Assembly (NCBI GenBank): GCA_965223665.1
Contig: OZ245011.1
Location: 1,056,001-1,120,000, forward strand
DNA: 64,000 bases
Direction of reading: 5' to 3'
Source: Nitrospinaceae bacterium
Lineage (GTDB): Bacteria; Nitrospinota; Nitrospinia; Nitrospinales; Nitrospinaceae
Made by a program: the position numbers and the translations under genes. This document shows, piece by piece, positions 40,483 through 51,557 of the stretch (positions are counted from its first letter, which is position 1; every line of letters begins with the position of its first letter). A model generated the notes under the pieces. That model was given only the letters and a program-made list of their open reading frames with translations. It did no database searches and was not told where the DNA came from.

Positions 40483-40851
40483 TTGCTTATTTTGAGATAC
40501 TTCGTAATTATTTTCATTTTAATATTAATGGGTTGTGAGTCCAGTAATGAACAGCCATTAACCCTTCCGCAAGCCGCCGAACCTTCGGCTAAAATGTATA
40601 ATGATAGAGGAATAGATTTTTATATTAAAGGAGATTTATTTGAGGCGCTGATAAGTTTCAATCAAGCTAAAACCGCTGATCACACGGCGGGTGAAATTCA
40701 TTTTAATTTAGCTTTAGTTCTGCATAACCGAGGAGAAAAAAAACGAGCCTTAAAGCACTTTAAACTAGCCAGGCAATTTGCTCAGGGAAACCCCAAAATA
40801 TTAAATTCTGATTTGTTGAAACAATATTTGAAAACAAAAAATGGTGATTAA
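40483..40851 (+). CDS. TPR-repeat lipoprotein
   Basis: Lipobox LMG-C; YNDRGIDFY...EIHFNLALVL...ALKHF. Confidence 0.8.
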   Translation: MLILRYFVIIFILILMGCESSNEQPLTLPQAAEPSAKMYNDRGIDFYIKGDLFEALISFNQAKTADHTAGEIHFNLALVLHNRGEKKRALKHFKLARQFAQGNPKILNSDLLKQYLKTKNGD

Positions 40852-41714
40852 ACTGTTCTCATCCAATCTACAGCATTTTTAATTATTTTAGAAAAATTGC
40901 CGTCTTTTATTCGACCTCTTCTACCATGCCCCGGAAAAATCCATTGAACTTCTTCCAGATTTTTTAATTTATCTACAGACTTTATTTGAGTTTCCCAAGA
41001 ATACCAACAAGCATCTCGAAAAGAACCAAAATGGTTCAATTGCCGGAGCCAGGCAAAATGATCTCCTGTAAAAAGATATTTATTCTTCCAAAGAAGAACC
41101 TGATGCCCTTTTGAATGACCTGGTGTAAAAATAATTCGCCCATCATCAAACACTCTATCTATTTCACCCTTTACAATTATTTCAGCATCCAATTGTGCAC
41201 CGGAGTCCAGCTCATGAATAATCCGTTTTGCACCAAATTGTTTGGCATAAAAGTTCGCATCTGCCACATCATCTTGATGAGATAAAAAGATATATTTTAA
41301 TCCCCCCATTTCTTCAAATTTTTTTACTAAATGCTTATGGAATCTTGGTGAATCGACCAGCCAGTTTCCCCTTTCAGACTTAATAAAGTAACTGTCTCCA
41401 CCAAAAGAGTCCCTTGCATTAAAACCGTTTAAATAAATGTCATTAATTAATTTTAAAGGGAGCGTTTGTTTTGATTTATTAAAGTCAACCGAATCCATAG
41501 TTCCGATCGAACCTACCGGGCAAGAAATTAAAGCTCTTTTAGCCTCTATCATTTCTATTTCATTTGCGGGTTGCTTTTGAACAAACGCATATTCTCCTGT
41601 ATCTCCAAAAGTTGAAGGAGCAAACCGTCTACAAGCATCACAATCGATGCACGTGGAATCCACGAAAAAGTTTCCACAAATGTTCTCTTTCAATTTTAAT
41701 TTTTGATTGGCCAT
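40848..41714 (-). CDS. Ferredoxin-fused metallo-beta-lactamase-fold hydrolase
   Basis: CIDCDAC...CP; LSHQDDVAD, TPGHSKGH, FTGDH, PGHG; start at MANQK (41714). Confidence 0.9.
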   Translation of the reverse strand: MANQKLKLKENICGNFFVDSTCIDCDACRRFAPSTFGDTGEYAFVQKQPANEIEMIEAKRALISCPVGSIGTMDSVDFNKSKQTLPLKLINDIYLNGFNARDSFGGDSYFIKSERGNWLVDSPRFHKHLVKKFEEMGGLKYIFLSHQDDVADANFYAKQFGAKRIIHELDSGAQLDAEIIVKGEIDRVFDDGRIIFTPGHSKGHQVLLWKNKYLFTGDHFAWLRQLNHFGSFRDACWYSWETQIKSVDKLKNLEEVQWIFPGHGRRGRIKDGNFSKIIKNAVDWMRTV

Positions 41715-41844
41715 AAATTTTTTCTTCAATACATCAACATTATTTTTTATTTGATCACGGCCTTTAACCAAAGTAAAGTCCCTCTTATCAGCTCAAACCT
41801 TATCTAAAACATGACTCCTGACGCTTCTGAAAGGACATAAAATA

Positions 41845-42210
41845 ATGCGCAAAATAAATATAATATTTTTGGTTTTAATATCCCTATTTATAACCTCCAA
41901 TACTGCCTGGGCAGGACAACCATGGAATGGAATGGATATAGTAAGGTTTTGTACTGGGGATACTGTTATATTTGACGAATCTATATGCCGAGCTTATTTA
42001 CAAGGGGTAGCAGACGCTGCAAGACAAATGAAAAAAGATCCTTCTATAAAAGATGAGATTTGTATTCCCGAAAATAAAGAAGATCAAAACCACGGTGAAA
42101 GCCTCTATCCCAAATGGTTGGCAACCTTTAAGGAAAAATGGCATCAAAAACCCATAATTTTAACTTTAGATGGTCTAAAGGCTATTTTCCCTTGTAAAAC
42201 TGACCCATAA
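41845..42210 (+). CDS. Rap1a/Tai-like immunity-family secreted protein
   Basis: Signal peptide AWA; C...CRAYLQGVAD...ICIP...LKAIFPC cysteine pattern. Confidence 0.7.
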   Translation: MRKINIIFLVLISLFITSNTAWAGQPWNGMDIVRFCTGDTVIFDESICRAYLQGVADAARQMKKDPSIKDEICIPENKEDQNHGESLYPKWLATFKEKWHQKPIILTLDGLKAIFPCKTDP

Positions 42211-42789
42211 CCTCTAATCAGATACTTAATTTTAAAACTCCAAATACCTCGAGGTTTCATTTATTGAATTACGATTACATATACCCTGACAAAGTAAATT
42301 AAAAATGTGGAAAAATCCCACACGGAGATTACCATCCAAGTCCAGTTTTTTATTCATAAAAAAACCTTTATTGGAAAACCCCTGTTTTACCAACTATTAC
42401 TGAAACAAACTGAACTTTTTTTAGTACATTCTGGATTTAACCCATATCATTTTTGACGCAAAAAATAGATTGGAAGTAAATCTATTGGGAGAGAGTTCGC
42501 CCTTTCAAAACCATTCATTTTTTTTATTTCTTTTTTGATATTTTTATTAAGTTAAGTGAAATAATTAAATTTTTTTAAAATTAAAATCCTTGTAAAAAAG
42601 AATAGTAAGCAACAAAATTCGATTTCATCTATTTGGCTATTGAACCTTGTCGGGTTAAATGGTAACTTTCCATCTATCCTACCTACAGTATTTTTTTTAT
42701 GCTTCATTATATTGCTCCTATAACATTAACACCGTAAAGCTATGACAGCTTAAGATTTGGCTGCATAGGATTTATGGAGGACAAAACTA

Positions 42790-43008
42790 ATGAATAAAGT
42801 AAATTATGTGTTTTTCATTGGAGCAGTTTTTATAATCGGTTTATTACCTATTGCTAATAAATTTCAATATATAAAAGTGGATAAAGGAATGATTATTAAA
42901 ACAGACCCTGTTACAGGAGAATCTCATAGATGTATGGTGGTCTATGAAGATACTGGGGTTCAATTAGATTGTAGTGACAAAAAAGATAATAAGTCTGAAG
43001 TTTATTGA
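42790..43008 (+). CDS. Small hypothetical membrane-anchored protein
   Basis: GGAGG RBS; N-terminal TM; IIKTDPVTGESHRC. Confidence 0.65.
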   Translation: MNKVNYVFFIGAVFIIGLLPIANKFQYIKVDKGMIIKTDPVTGESHRCMVVYEDTGVQLDCSDKKDNKSEVY

Positions 43009-43568
43009 TCAGAGACTTTATTAATATATAAATTATTTTTTAAAAGGCTAAATCATGTCATCTACTTTTGATTTATTTATTTTAATTTTCTTTTTAGCTG
43101 CACTTTCATTGGGATTGTCGGGGATTATTTAATATTACAAACGTTTGTTTAATGATGGTTTTATAGTAACTTTCTTTTGGCCCTCTTCATCTTAAGTCAG
43201 CCAAAGAGGGCCTTGAGAAACATCCCCTTAAAAGTCTGCCCATATAACTTCTATCGAATATTCAAATTAAAAAAACAAATTATTATTTCTGCATTCCCAA
43301 ATGAAACATTTATCGGTTTGCCTTTTCGGCAAATCTAAAATGATCTTCTCTCATCAAATTTTATCTAAAGATCGAAATTTCAATATCATACTTTGACTTC
43401 ATAGCAAAATTCTTATATAAAAGATTCAAATTGGAACAATTGGTCCAAATTGATGACTATGCTTTATGACACAAGAACCATTTTCACAAGTAATAAAATC
43501 CAACCTTATTGTTTTTTCAATAAAGCTCCAACAATTATATTTATGAAGATTTTTATGAGGGGGAAAAA

Positions 43569-44606
43569 ATGATTATTAACAATCGGTACGCTTTCATCTT
43601 TGTCCTAACATTCTTAATAGGATTGACATGTGGAGTTTCTACGGTCTTTTCCTCAGCTACTGTGGAGGTCACCGTAGCGAATGGAAACAAGCCATTACCT
43701 ATGGAATCTATTTCAATTCACTCAGAAGATGGTCAAGCAGTTGAAGAAAACATCCGCAACCACAAGAATTCTCAATGGACCTGGAAGGGTCTAAAGCCTG
43801 GAAATTATACGGTTCGATCAGGGGATCAGGTTTTAAGAAAAATTCAAGTGAGCCAGATGGATACCATAAAGAAAATCATAGTCAATCCTACATTATCTGC
43901 CAATGGTTCCTCGGGTACCCCTAATTTTTTCAATAATTTTAATAACTATAATGCCCCTATTCCTACCGAAACTATCATCAGAATTGGTTTAAGAGGAAAT
44001 TTCACATTCGACCGACCTTTAGCAGACGTTTATGGTTCTTCATTCTCAAACAATCCGATTATGGGGAATATTGGACAAAATTATTTAGGGGTGGGTTTGG
44101 ATGTAGACGTCCAACCCGAAGATTGGCCTGTTTATTTCCGTTTAGGGTTTGCATGGAATCCTGATGGGACTGACAGTGGGGCTGGAGGTGATAGACATCC
44201 ACCTAATAATCAACCAGATACTTTCCTAGAACTTGAAGATACGTATTATTTCCGTGCACAGGTGGGTGTCCCCGTAGTCCAATATAAATGGGGGGAAATT
44301 GACGTCCTTGCTGGTGTCCAAGCCACTCATTCTGAGCTTAGGTTATACACTGATGAATCGGGTGGTGGTGGAAACGCTGAAGTTTTTGAAGAATGTAAAT
44401 ATCGGGTAGCACCTGTTGTGGGTGTTCAAGCTGGATTTTGGTTTCCGGAATATGAGAATATTTACTACTATGGTGGGTATAATGCTATTTACCAACCTAG
44501 CATCGCTGTTCAGGGACAATCATCATTGAGTTTCAATTATAATGCTCGTGCAGACAGCGGTTGGCAAAATGAGTTTTGGGCAGGAATTCAATACCGGTTT
44601 AATTAA
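43569..44606 (+). CDS. Putative outer-membrane beta-barrel protein with N-terminal beta-sandwich domain
   Basis: GAGGGG RBS; signal peptide; GLKPGNYTV; amphipathic strands; C-terminal AGIQYRFN (BAM-type signal). Confidence 0.7.
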   Translation: MIINNRYAFIFVLTFLIGLTCGVSTVFSSATVEVTVANGNKPLPMESISIHSEDGQAVEENIRNHKNSQWTWKGLKPGNYTVRSGDQVLRKIQVSQMDTIKKIIVNPTLSANGSSGTPNFFNNFNNYNAPIPTETIIRIGLRGNFTFDRPLADVYGSSFSNNPIMGNIGQNYLGVGLDVDVQPEDWPVYFRLGFAWNPDGTDSGAGGDRHPPNNQPDTFLELEDTYYFRAQVGVPVVQYKWGEIDVLAGVQATHSELRLYTDESGGGGNAEVFEECKYRVAPVVGVQAGFWFPEYENIYYYGGYNAIYQPSIAVQGQSSLSFNYNARADSGWQNEFWAGIQYRFN

Positions 44607-44625
44607 TTCTTTATTTCAAATAATA

Positions 44626-45267
44626 ATGTTTTATAAAAATAACTTTTCCCGCCGCTCTGTATCCGGAGCGGCGTTTTTTCTTTTCATTTGTTTTTTTCTT
44701 TTTGGTTGCTATACAAAACCTCTTCCCCTCAATTGGTTGGCTGATTTAGAATCTTCTCCCAAAAGCTTTGAAGTCTGCCACGGGTATGGTTGCCACTATA
44801 AAACAAGAACTTCCTTAGCCCCTACTCAATGGGCTCAAGTTTTAGATAATTTCAATCCCCCAGCAAAGAGTGCCGTAGAAGAAAGAAAGCAAATCGCTAG
44901 AGCTATTGCCATGATGGAAACTATTACCGGTGAATCGGTGGGCACTCAAACAGATGTCGCCGAAGCGGGATTTTACAAGAAGGATGCGTTTCAAATGGAC
45001 TGTATCGATGAAACGGTTAACACTTCTCTTTATCTCCATTTTATGGAAAGAGAAGGAGTATTCCGTTGGCATAAAGTGGGCGATCCTGAAAGGCGGGGAT
45101 ATTTTGTTGATTGGGAATGGCCGCATAATACTGCAGTGGTTGTAGAAAGAGAAACAGGCATAGAATATGCGATAGACTCATGGTTCTTTGCAAATGGTAA
45201 AGAACCATGGATTGTCCCTGTTAAGGATTGGTGGACCGGATTAAGACCTAACTCCCCAAAAAAGTAA
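44626..45267 (+). CDS. Lipoprotein with transglutaminase-like Cys-His-Asp arrangement
   Basis: Lipobox LFG-C; CHGYGC; QMDCIDE, WPHNTAV, YAIDSWF. Confidence 0.7.
   Translation: MFYKNNFSRRSVSGAAFFLFICFFLFGCYTKPLPLNWLADLESSPKSFEVCHGYGCHYKTRTSLAPTQWAQVLDNFNPPAKSAVEERKQIARAIAMMETITGESVGTQTDVAEAGFYKKDAFQMDCIDETVNTSLYLHFMEREGVFRWHKVGDPERRGYFVDWEWPHNTAVVVERETGIEYAIDSWFFANGKEPWIVPVKDWWTGLRPNSPKK
44650..44679 (+). terminator. Terminator-like hairpin after the beta-barrel gene, overlapping the next gene's signal-peptide codons
   Basis: CGCCGCTC-N8-GAGCGGCG-TTTTTT. Confidence 0.5.
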
Positions 45268-45779
45268 TGATGAGGTGAAATGATGCTCTTTTCCCAATAA
45301 ATTGTTCGAATAATCTAACCAAATTTTTCACTCCTTGAAATAAGTTTTACCGATACAAAAAAGATTTTTATAGAATTACTTTTAAAATACTTTGAAAAAT
45401 CCTGAGTTATTTGTGGCTCAATACATTATTAGTAACTACCCACACTCCACTACTATAAAGATTTTCTATTTTTTAACTTTGAAAATATGGCCATACCCTA
45501 CCAACCTTAGAAAAAATTTAATTTTTTTTCTAAATACCCCAAAAGAGCAGCTAATTTTAACCTAGCTAAATACAATATTTTTCGTCCTCTTTTTAAAAGA
45601 TCCGCAAACCTGAATAGAGAAATTAGCCCAGATCAACAAATTTAACCCTTGGATTAATTTTGAAAAGTTGCTATATTTCCTCATCCTTATAGGGTATTTT
45701 TTATCCAAAAGAGGGGCAATAATTTGCTATTAAAAATTTTTGCGGTTTGAGGGCGGTTCTGATCGCGGGACAATCTAAA

Positions 45780-48700
45780 ATGAAAATACAATCCTGGGTA
45801 CCCATATTTTTTATATTATTATTGAGCAATAATGTTTTTGCACAAGCCTTAGATCTTCCCCAATTAGTGGATCGGGGTCCTTATATACAGCACTTAACGC
45901 CAACCAGCGTTTCAATTAAGTGGTGGGTGTTCACTGATGATACAGCAAATAATACCATACACTATGGTACCTCCGCCGGGAGTTTAAACTCTTCCAATAC
46001 TGACACTACTTTTAGAGTTAGAAATGTTTGTGGAAATACAGAATGTGACGATTTTCATGAATATGAGTTAACCATATCAGGGCTAACAGCCAACACCCGC
46101 TATTACTATGCCGTGGGAACCACAACAACACCATCCGCTGAAGAATCTGCAAACGGAACATTTGTAACATTTCCTATTTCAGGGACAGTAAAACCAACCC
46201 GAGTTTGGGCCATAGGTGACTCGGGCACCAAAAGTACTCAAGCGCTATTGGTTTTAGAAGCGATGCAAAACTATACTAAATCCCGCGACCCGGATATATG
46301 GATAATGCTGGGTGATAATGCTTATGTAAATGGTGACAATCGTGATTACGGGGATGCTGTTTTCTTTATGTATCCTGATTTTTTGCGAAATGTTGCCGTT
46401 TGGCCAACTTTTGGGGATCGGGATGGAGTTTTTGCAGATTCTTCCACACAGTCGGGTTGGTACTTTTCCATTTTTAACCTCCCAACAAATGCAGAATTAG
46501 GAGGGGCAGCTTCAGGAACTGAGGCTTACTATTCATATGACTATAGCAACATCCATTTTGTTGTATTAGATACTGCCGAAACAAGTTTATCAGCCGGTAG
46601 CACTATGCTTACCTGGTTACAAAATGATCTCAACACTAATGATAAAGAATGGGTAATCGCTTATTTTCATCATTCTCCATACTCAAAAGGATCCAATGAT
46701 TCTGATCCAAGCATCATAGCAAGTGACGTGCGAGCAAACGCACTTCCCATTTTGGAACAAGCGGGAGTTGACCTAGTTTTGTCGGCACACAGTCATGCTT
46801 ATGAAAGATCTTTTTTAATCGATGGTCATTACGGTAGTTCCGGTACATTTAATCCTGGAGTTAATCAACTAAATGGGGGAAACGGTAAGCCACTACCCCT
46901 TCCAACAGCAACCGGTCCTTACAACAAAGCATTAGTTGGGGGTCAACCTCCTGCGAATAGTGGAACAGTATATGCCGTTGTTGGAAGTTCAGGAATTCTT
47001 CAAACAAATGAAATTCCCTTAGACCGAAGCTTCGAAGAAGCTGCTGGCCCTCTCAATCATCCTGCAATGCAGTTTTCTTTGAATACCATAGGATCAATGG
47101 TTATTGACGTTTATGACAATCGATTGGAAGCTATTTTCCTTGATGGATTTGGAGATATTGCGGATCAATTTACCATTACTCATGGCAGTACCAATGTTTC
47201 TCCGGAAATATTTAATGTAAGTGCTACTCATCCTTTGACTTTGGAAGTCCAATTTTCCGAACCTTTGGAAAAAATAAGTGCGGAAAATATTTCAAATTAT
47301 TCCTTGGATAATGGTGCAACCATCGCGGCAGCAACATTATTGGACGATTATAGAACAGTAAGATTACTTACATCTACATTGAGCAACACCACAACATATA
47401 ATATTACAGTAACCAATGTCCAAGATTATGAAACTAATACACCCATTTCATCCCCAGGCATAGAATACAGTTTTACTCCAAACTTCACTGATCCTCCTGT
47501 TTATTCTGCCAATTTTCAAGACGGTTATTATCCCAACAAAGGCTATGATGGAACGCGCGATACATACATTTTCGAAGGTTTACCAGATACAAATTATGGG
47601 GACAAAAAAGATTTAATTGCCCATGGTCAATTTGAAGATGCTATCGAGGGTGAAGCAATTATATTTGTTTCGTGGGACATCTCATCTATCCCATCCAATG
47701 CGATTATACAATCTGCAATTTTTTATTGGGATCCCTATAACAGAAGTGAAACACCATATTTTCTGCGACAGTTATTAGCCCCTTGGGGTGAAATTTCAGT
47801 TACTTGGAATAGTTATGGTGGTGACTCAAACATAGGAACAGATATTTTGGGAACGATGCCACCCGAAAAATTCGGTGTTAATCCGATAGCCCTGAACCCA
47901 GATGGAATCAATATTGTTCAAGGCTGGGTTAATGGAAGCATTCCGAATTATGGTTTAGCTTTAAGAAATGCAGGTCCAGGATTTATTCCACCAAGCGGAG
48001 AATGGTGGAATGCGGTGCGGGGTCGTCAAAGGCAAACAAATAATCGACCACGATTATCTATTACTTATACTCTACCTACCGGAGGGGATAGTATTTCTCC
48101 TTCAATCATTGCCCCACCAGATGTTGTTGCAGATTCCACGGGAGATCAAACTTCGGTAACTCTAGGGTCCGCAGTTGCAGTTGATAACAACGGATCTCCA
48201 ACGGTCACTAATAATGCACCAGCAGGTGGATTTCCTTTAGGTACCACCATAGTAACTTGGACCGCCACTGACGCTTCCGGAAATTCTGGAATTGACACAC
48301 AAAAAGTTACTATAAAAGTTTCTGAAACCATTTCTCCCAATACCATTAGTTTTCAAAATAATGTAGAACCAAGCACATTTTATATGGGAGCAGAAGATGC
48401 CTTCATTAGACAAACCTCGCCAAACCAAAATAAAGGATCTGATTCAGAACTTTGGTCTGACGGCCTATCACCCGATCCTGAGAACACTCTCTCGGGAGAA
48501 CTACAATCGATTATAAAATGGGATATTTCTGCTATTCCCGAAAATGCAGTGGTAAACTCCGTATCAGTTTCCTTTAACGTTTTTAATGATTCCCCAGTGG
48601 ACAACAATTTATATGAAGTTAAAATTCCCTGGATGGAAGACACTGTAACTTGGAATGTTGGAGCAGAACCCTCTGGCATTGGCACAACCATATTGGGAAC

Positions 48701-51536
48701 CATTCCACCATTTGCATTTAATGAAAACATTGTGACATTAAATCAGGCCGGAATCGATTTAGTGCAAAGTTGGGTGAATGGCAGCAAAATAAATAATGGT
48801 CTTTTGGTTAAGATTGCAGGCAGCACTAATGGGTTAGGCGTTCACTCAAGTGAAGCAACCACTGCCACCAATCGCCCAAAACTCACGATTTCCTATACTA
48901 TTTCAACAAGTGGCGATACCATTCCCCCGGTTGTAACAGCACCACCCGACATTACTACAACCGATACGACACCCGATTTAGGAACTGGTACAGCAATAGA
49001 TAATGTCGATGGTCCCCTAATCCCCACTAATGATGCACCCCCTGTTTTCCCGCTGGGTGTTACTATAGTAACCTGGAGCGCGACTGACAGTTCAGGAAAC
49101 ACTGGGACCGATACTCAATCCGTTACTGTAGAAGAAGCAACTGGAGGTCCAGTAACGGTCAGCTTCCAGAATGGAGTTGCCCCCGATGCTAGTTATAATG
49201 GAACTCAAGACAGCTATTTAAGAGAAACATCTCCCAACCAAAACGAAGGCAATAACACCCAACTATTATCAGATGGAGTTGCATCAGATCCTAGTAATGG
49301 TTTGTTTGGAGAGGTCATGACTGTAGTGGCTTGGGATTTGTCTTCAATTCCCAACGATGCCACTGTTCAATCAGCGAGCATTACTATGGATTTCTTTGAT
49401 GCGAGCTCTGGAGACTATCACTTTTATGAAGCACTTACTCCCTGGACTGAAGGAACGGTAACCTGGAACAATTTTGGTGGAGGAACTGCTAATGTAGGTA
49501 CTAATATTATTGCAACAATACCAGCTTTTTCCTTCAATGAAACCGAGGTCAACTTAACGGCGCAGGGAATCAGTCTGGTTCAGGGTTGGATTGACGGAAG
49601 TATTCCTAATAACGGGTTAGCCTTTAAAACATCCGGCACTAACAACGGCGTAGGAGCTAATTCTAGTGAAGCTTCCACTAATAGACCCAAAATCACTATT
49701 ACGTATACAGTATCTTCAGGCGGTGGTTCAGGAGAAATGAGTTTCCAAAATGGAGTCCTTCCAACTCCTTCCTATTCTGGTACAAACGATAGCTATTTAA
49801 CAGAAACATCTCCGAATCAAAACGAAGGCAATAACATGCAACTTTTATCAGATGGAGTGGCTGCAGATCCTGGAAATGGGTTATTTGGAGAATTGATGAC
49901 TGTTATATCCTGGGATATCTCAAGTATTCCGTCAAATGCGACTGTACAATCCGCAAGTATTACAATGGACTTTTTTGACGCCAGTTCGGGAGACTATCAC
50001 TTTTATGAAGCCCTTACTCCCTGGACTGAAGGAACGGTAACCTGGAACAGTTTTGGGGGTGGGTCTGCGAATGTGGGCACCGATATTATAGCCACGATTC
50101 CTGGATTTTCCTTCGATGAAACCGAGGTCAACTTAACGGCGCAGGGAATCAGTCTGGTTCAGGGTTGGATTGATGGCAGTATTCCTAATAACGGATTGGT
50201 TCTTAAAACTTCAGGCACTAACAACGGCGTTGGAGCAAATTCAAGTGAAGCCGTTACCAACAGACCCAAACTCAAAATTGCCTATTCAACTTCGGGTGGG
50301 TCAGGAGGAGATACGATTCCTCCAGTGGTAACTGCCCCGGCGGATATTACAACCACAGACACAACACCCAACCTGGGAACCGGAACGGCCGTTGATAATG
50401 TGGATGGGACTTTAGTTCCAACGAATAATGCGCCGGCAGTCTTTCCATTAGGGACAACGATTGTAACCTGGAGCGCTACCGACTCTTCTGGAAATACCGG
50501 AACTGATAATCAATCGGTCACCATTACAGATCCGACATCCACGGATACCACACCTCCTGTAGTGACCGCTCCGGCCGATATCACAACAGAAGCCACCGGG
50601 CCGACCACCAGCGTTTCTTTAGGCACCGGCACTGCCAATGATAATGTCGATGGGCCTATAACTCCGACTAATGATGCACCTTCCGGGGGATTCCCTGTGG
50701 GGACCACCATAGTCACCTGGAGTGCTACGGATACCGCTGGTAATACAGGAACGGATACCCAATCCGTCACTATTACAGATACCACTGCACCAACAGTAAC
50801 TGCACCAGCGGATATTACCACTACAGACACAACACCCAATCTGGGAGCCGGAACGGCCAGTGATTTAGTAGATGGATCGATCACGCCAACGAATAATGCT
50901 CCGGGAACATTTCCAATTGGAACGACGATTGTTACATGGAGCGCCACGGATGCCGCCGGCAACACTGGTACAGACACACAAAGTGTTACGGTGCAGTCTG
51001 GAGGTTCGACTACAGTGAACTTAACAAGTTCTAATGATACTTTTATCCGGGAATACCAACCTTTCGATGTTAATGGTTTGATGACAACTCTGGAAGTGGA
51101 TGCAGATCAATTAAACCCGCCCTCTGGTTTCAATGATGAGATCTTCGCAGTGCTTGCCTGGAATGTTTCATCGATCCCGAGCACAGCCAATGTGCAATCA
51201 GTGACGATAACTTTTAATGTGACTAATACCAGTTCAGGAACCTATGAGCTATTCCAAACATTGACTGCCTGGTCAGAGACCACAGCTAATTGGTATACTT
51301 TTTTACCACTTTCCACCTCTCTGGGAAGCAGTGTTCTGGGAACCTTTAATCCTACAGCAGGATCCAATGTGATCACTCTCAATGCTTCCGGAATTAATTT
51401 AGTTCAAGGTTGGATCAATGGTTCAATAACTAATAATGGAATTGCCGTTCGTAGTGGAGGCACAACTGATAATACAATTTTTAATTCAAAAGAAGCGGCT
51501 TCTAACAAACCTCAAATTTCCATTACCTATAACTAG
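45780..51536 (+). CDS. Large secreted purple-acid-phosphatase-like metallophosphoesterase with Ig-like, five DNRLRE-type and five HYR-like domains
   Basis: RGPYIQ, IGDSG, LGDNAY, FHHSPY, AHSHAYER; repeats SFQNG...DSYL...WDISSIP...GWIDG...RPKL and DTxPPVVTAPADIT...FPLGTTIVTWSATD; start at MKIQSW. Confidence 0.88.
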   Translation: MKIQSWVPIFFILLLSNNVFAQALDLPQLVDRGPYIQHLTPTSVSIKWWVFTDDTANNTIHYGTSAGSLNSSNTDTTFRVRNVCGNTECDDFHEYELTISGLTANTRYYYAVGTTTTPSAEESANGTFVTFPISGTVKPTRVWAIGDSGTKSTQALLVLEAMQNYTKSRDPDIWIMLGDNAYVNGDNRDYGDAVFFMYPDFLRNVAVWPTFGDRDGVFADSSTQSGWYFSIFNLPTNAELGGAASGTEAYYSYDYSNIHFVVLDTAETSLSAGSTMLTWLQNDLNTNDKEWVIAYFHHSPYSKGSNDSDPSIIASDVRANALPILEQAGVDLVLSAHSHAYERSFLIDGHYGSSGTFNPGVNQLNGGNGKPLPLPTATGPYNKALVGGQPPANSGTVYAVVGSSGILQTNEIPLDRSFEEAAGPLNHPAMQFSLNTIGSMVIDVYDNRLEAIFLDGFGDIADQFTITHGSTNVSPEIFNVSATHPLTLEVQFSEPLEKISAENISNYSLDNGATIAAATLLDDYRTVRLLTSTLSNTTTYNITVTNVQDYETNTPISSPGIEYSFTPNFTDPPVYSANFQDGYYPNKGYDGTRDTYIFEGLPDTNYGDKKDLIAHGQFEDAIEGEAIIFVSWDISSIPSNAIIQSAIFYWDPYNRSETPYFLRQLLAPWGEISVTWNSYGGDSNIGTDILGTMPPEKFGVNPIALNPDGINIVQGWVNGSIPNYGLALRNAGPGFIPPSGEWWNAVRGRQRQTNNRPRLSITYTLPTGGDSISPSIIAPPDVVADSTGDQTSVTLGSAVAVDNNGSPTVTNNAPAGGFPLGTTIVTWTATDASGNSGIDTQKVTIKVSETISPNTISFQNNVEPSTFYMGAEDAFIRQTSPNQNKGSDSELWSDGLSPDPENTLSGELQSIIKWDISAIPENAVVNSVSVSFNVFNDSPVDNNLYEVKIPWMEDTVTWNVGAEPSGIGTTILGTIPPFAFNENIVTLNQAGIDLVQSWVNGSKINNGLLVKIAGSTNGLGVHSSEATTATNRPKLTISYTISTSGDTIPPVVTAPPDITTTDTTPDLGTGTAIDNVDGPLIPTNDAPPVFPLGVTIVTWSATDSSGNTGTDTQSVTVEEATGGPVTVSFQNGVAPDASYNGTQDSYLRETSPNQNEGNNTQLLSDGVASDPSNGLFGEVMTVVAWDLSSIPNDATVQSASITMDFFDASSGDYHFYEALTPWTEGTVTWNNFGGGTANVGTNIIATIPAFSFNETEVNLTAQGISLVQGWIDGSIPNNGLAFKTSGTNNGVGANSSEASTNRPKITITYTVSSGGGSGEMSFQNGVLPTPSYSGTNDSYLTETSPNQNEGNNMQLLSDGVAADPGNGLFGELMTVISWDISSIPSNATVQSASITMDFFDASSGDYHFYEALTPWTEGTVTWNSFGGGSANVGTDIIATIPGFSFDETEVNLTAQGISLVQGWIDGSIPNNGLVLKTSGTNNGVGANSSEAVTNRPKLKIAYSTSGGSGGDTIPPVVTAPADITTTDTTPNLGTGTAVDNVDGTLVPTNNAPAVFPLGTTIVTWSATDSSGNTGTDNQSVTITDPTSTDTTPPVVTAPADITTEATGPTTSVSLGTGTANDNVDGPITPTNDAPSGGFPVGTTIVTWSATDTAGNTGTDTQSVTITDTTAPTVTAPADITTTDTTPNLGAGTASDLVDGSITPTNNAPGTFPIGTTIVTWSATDAAGNTGTDTQSVTVQSGGSTTVNLTSSNDTFIREYQPFDVNGLMTTLEVDADQLNPPSGFNDEIFAVLAWNVSSIPSTANVQSVTITFNVTNTSSGTYELFQTLTAWSETTANWYTFLPLSTSLGSSVLGTFNPTAGSNVITLNASGINLVQGWINGSITNNGIAVRSGGTTDNTIFNSKEAASNKPQISITYN

Positions 51537-51557
51537 CTGATTTTTATAATAAGTTAT

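Noticed and set aside
42730-42766. c-di-GMP-I riboswitch-like words (CGTAAAGC, TATGACAGC) upstream of the 42790 gene
   Set aside because: No GGCAAAC/GNRA first stem and no convincing second stem
43055-43132. 25-aa hydrophobic ORF MSSTFDLFILIFFLAALSLGLSGII
   Set aside because: Weak RBS, and T-rich DNA yields such ORFs by chance
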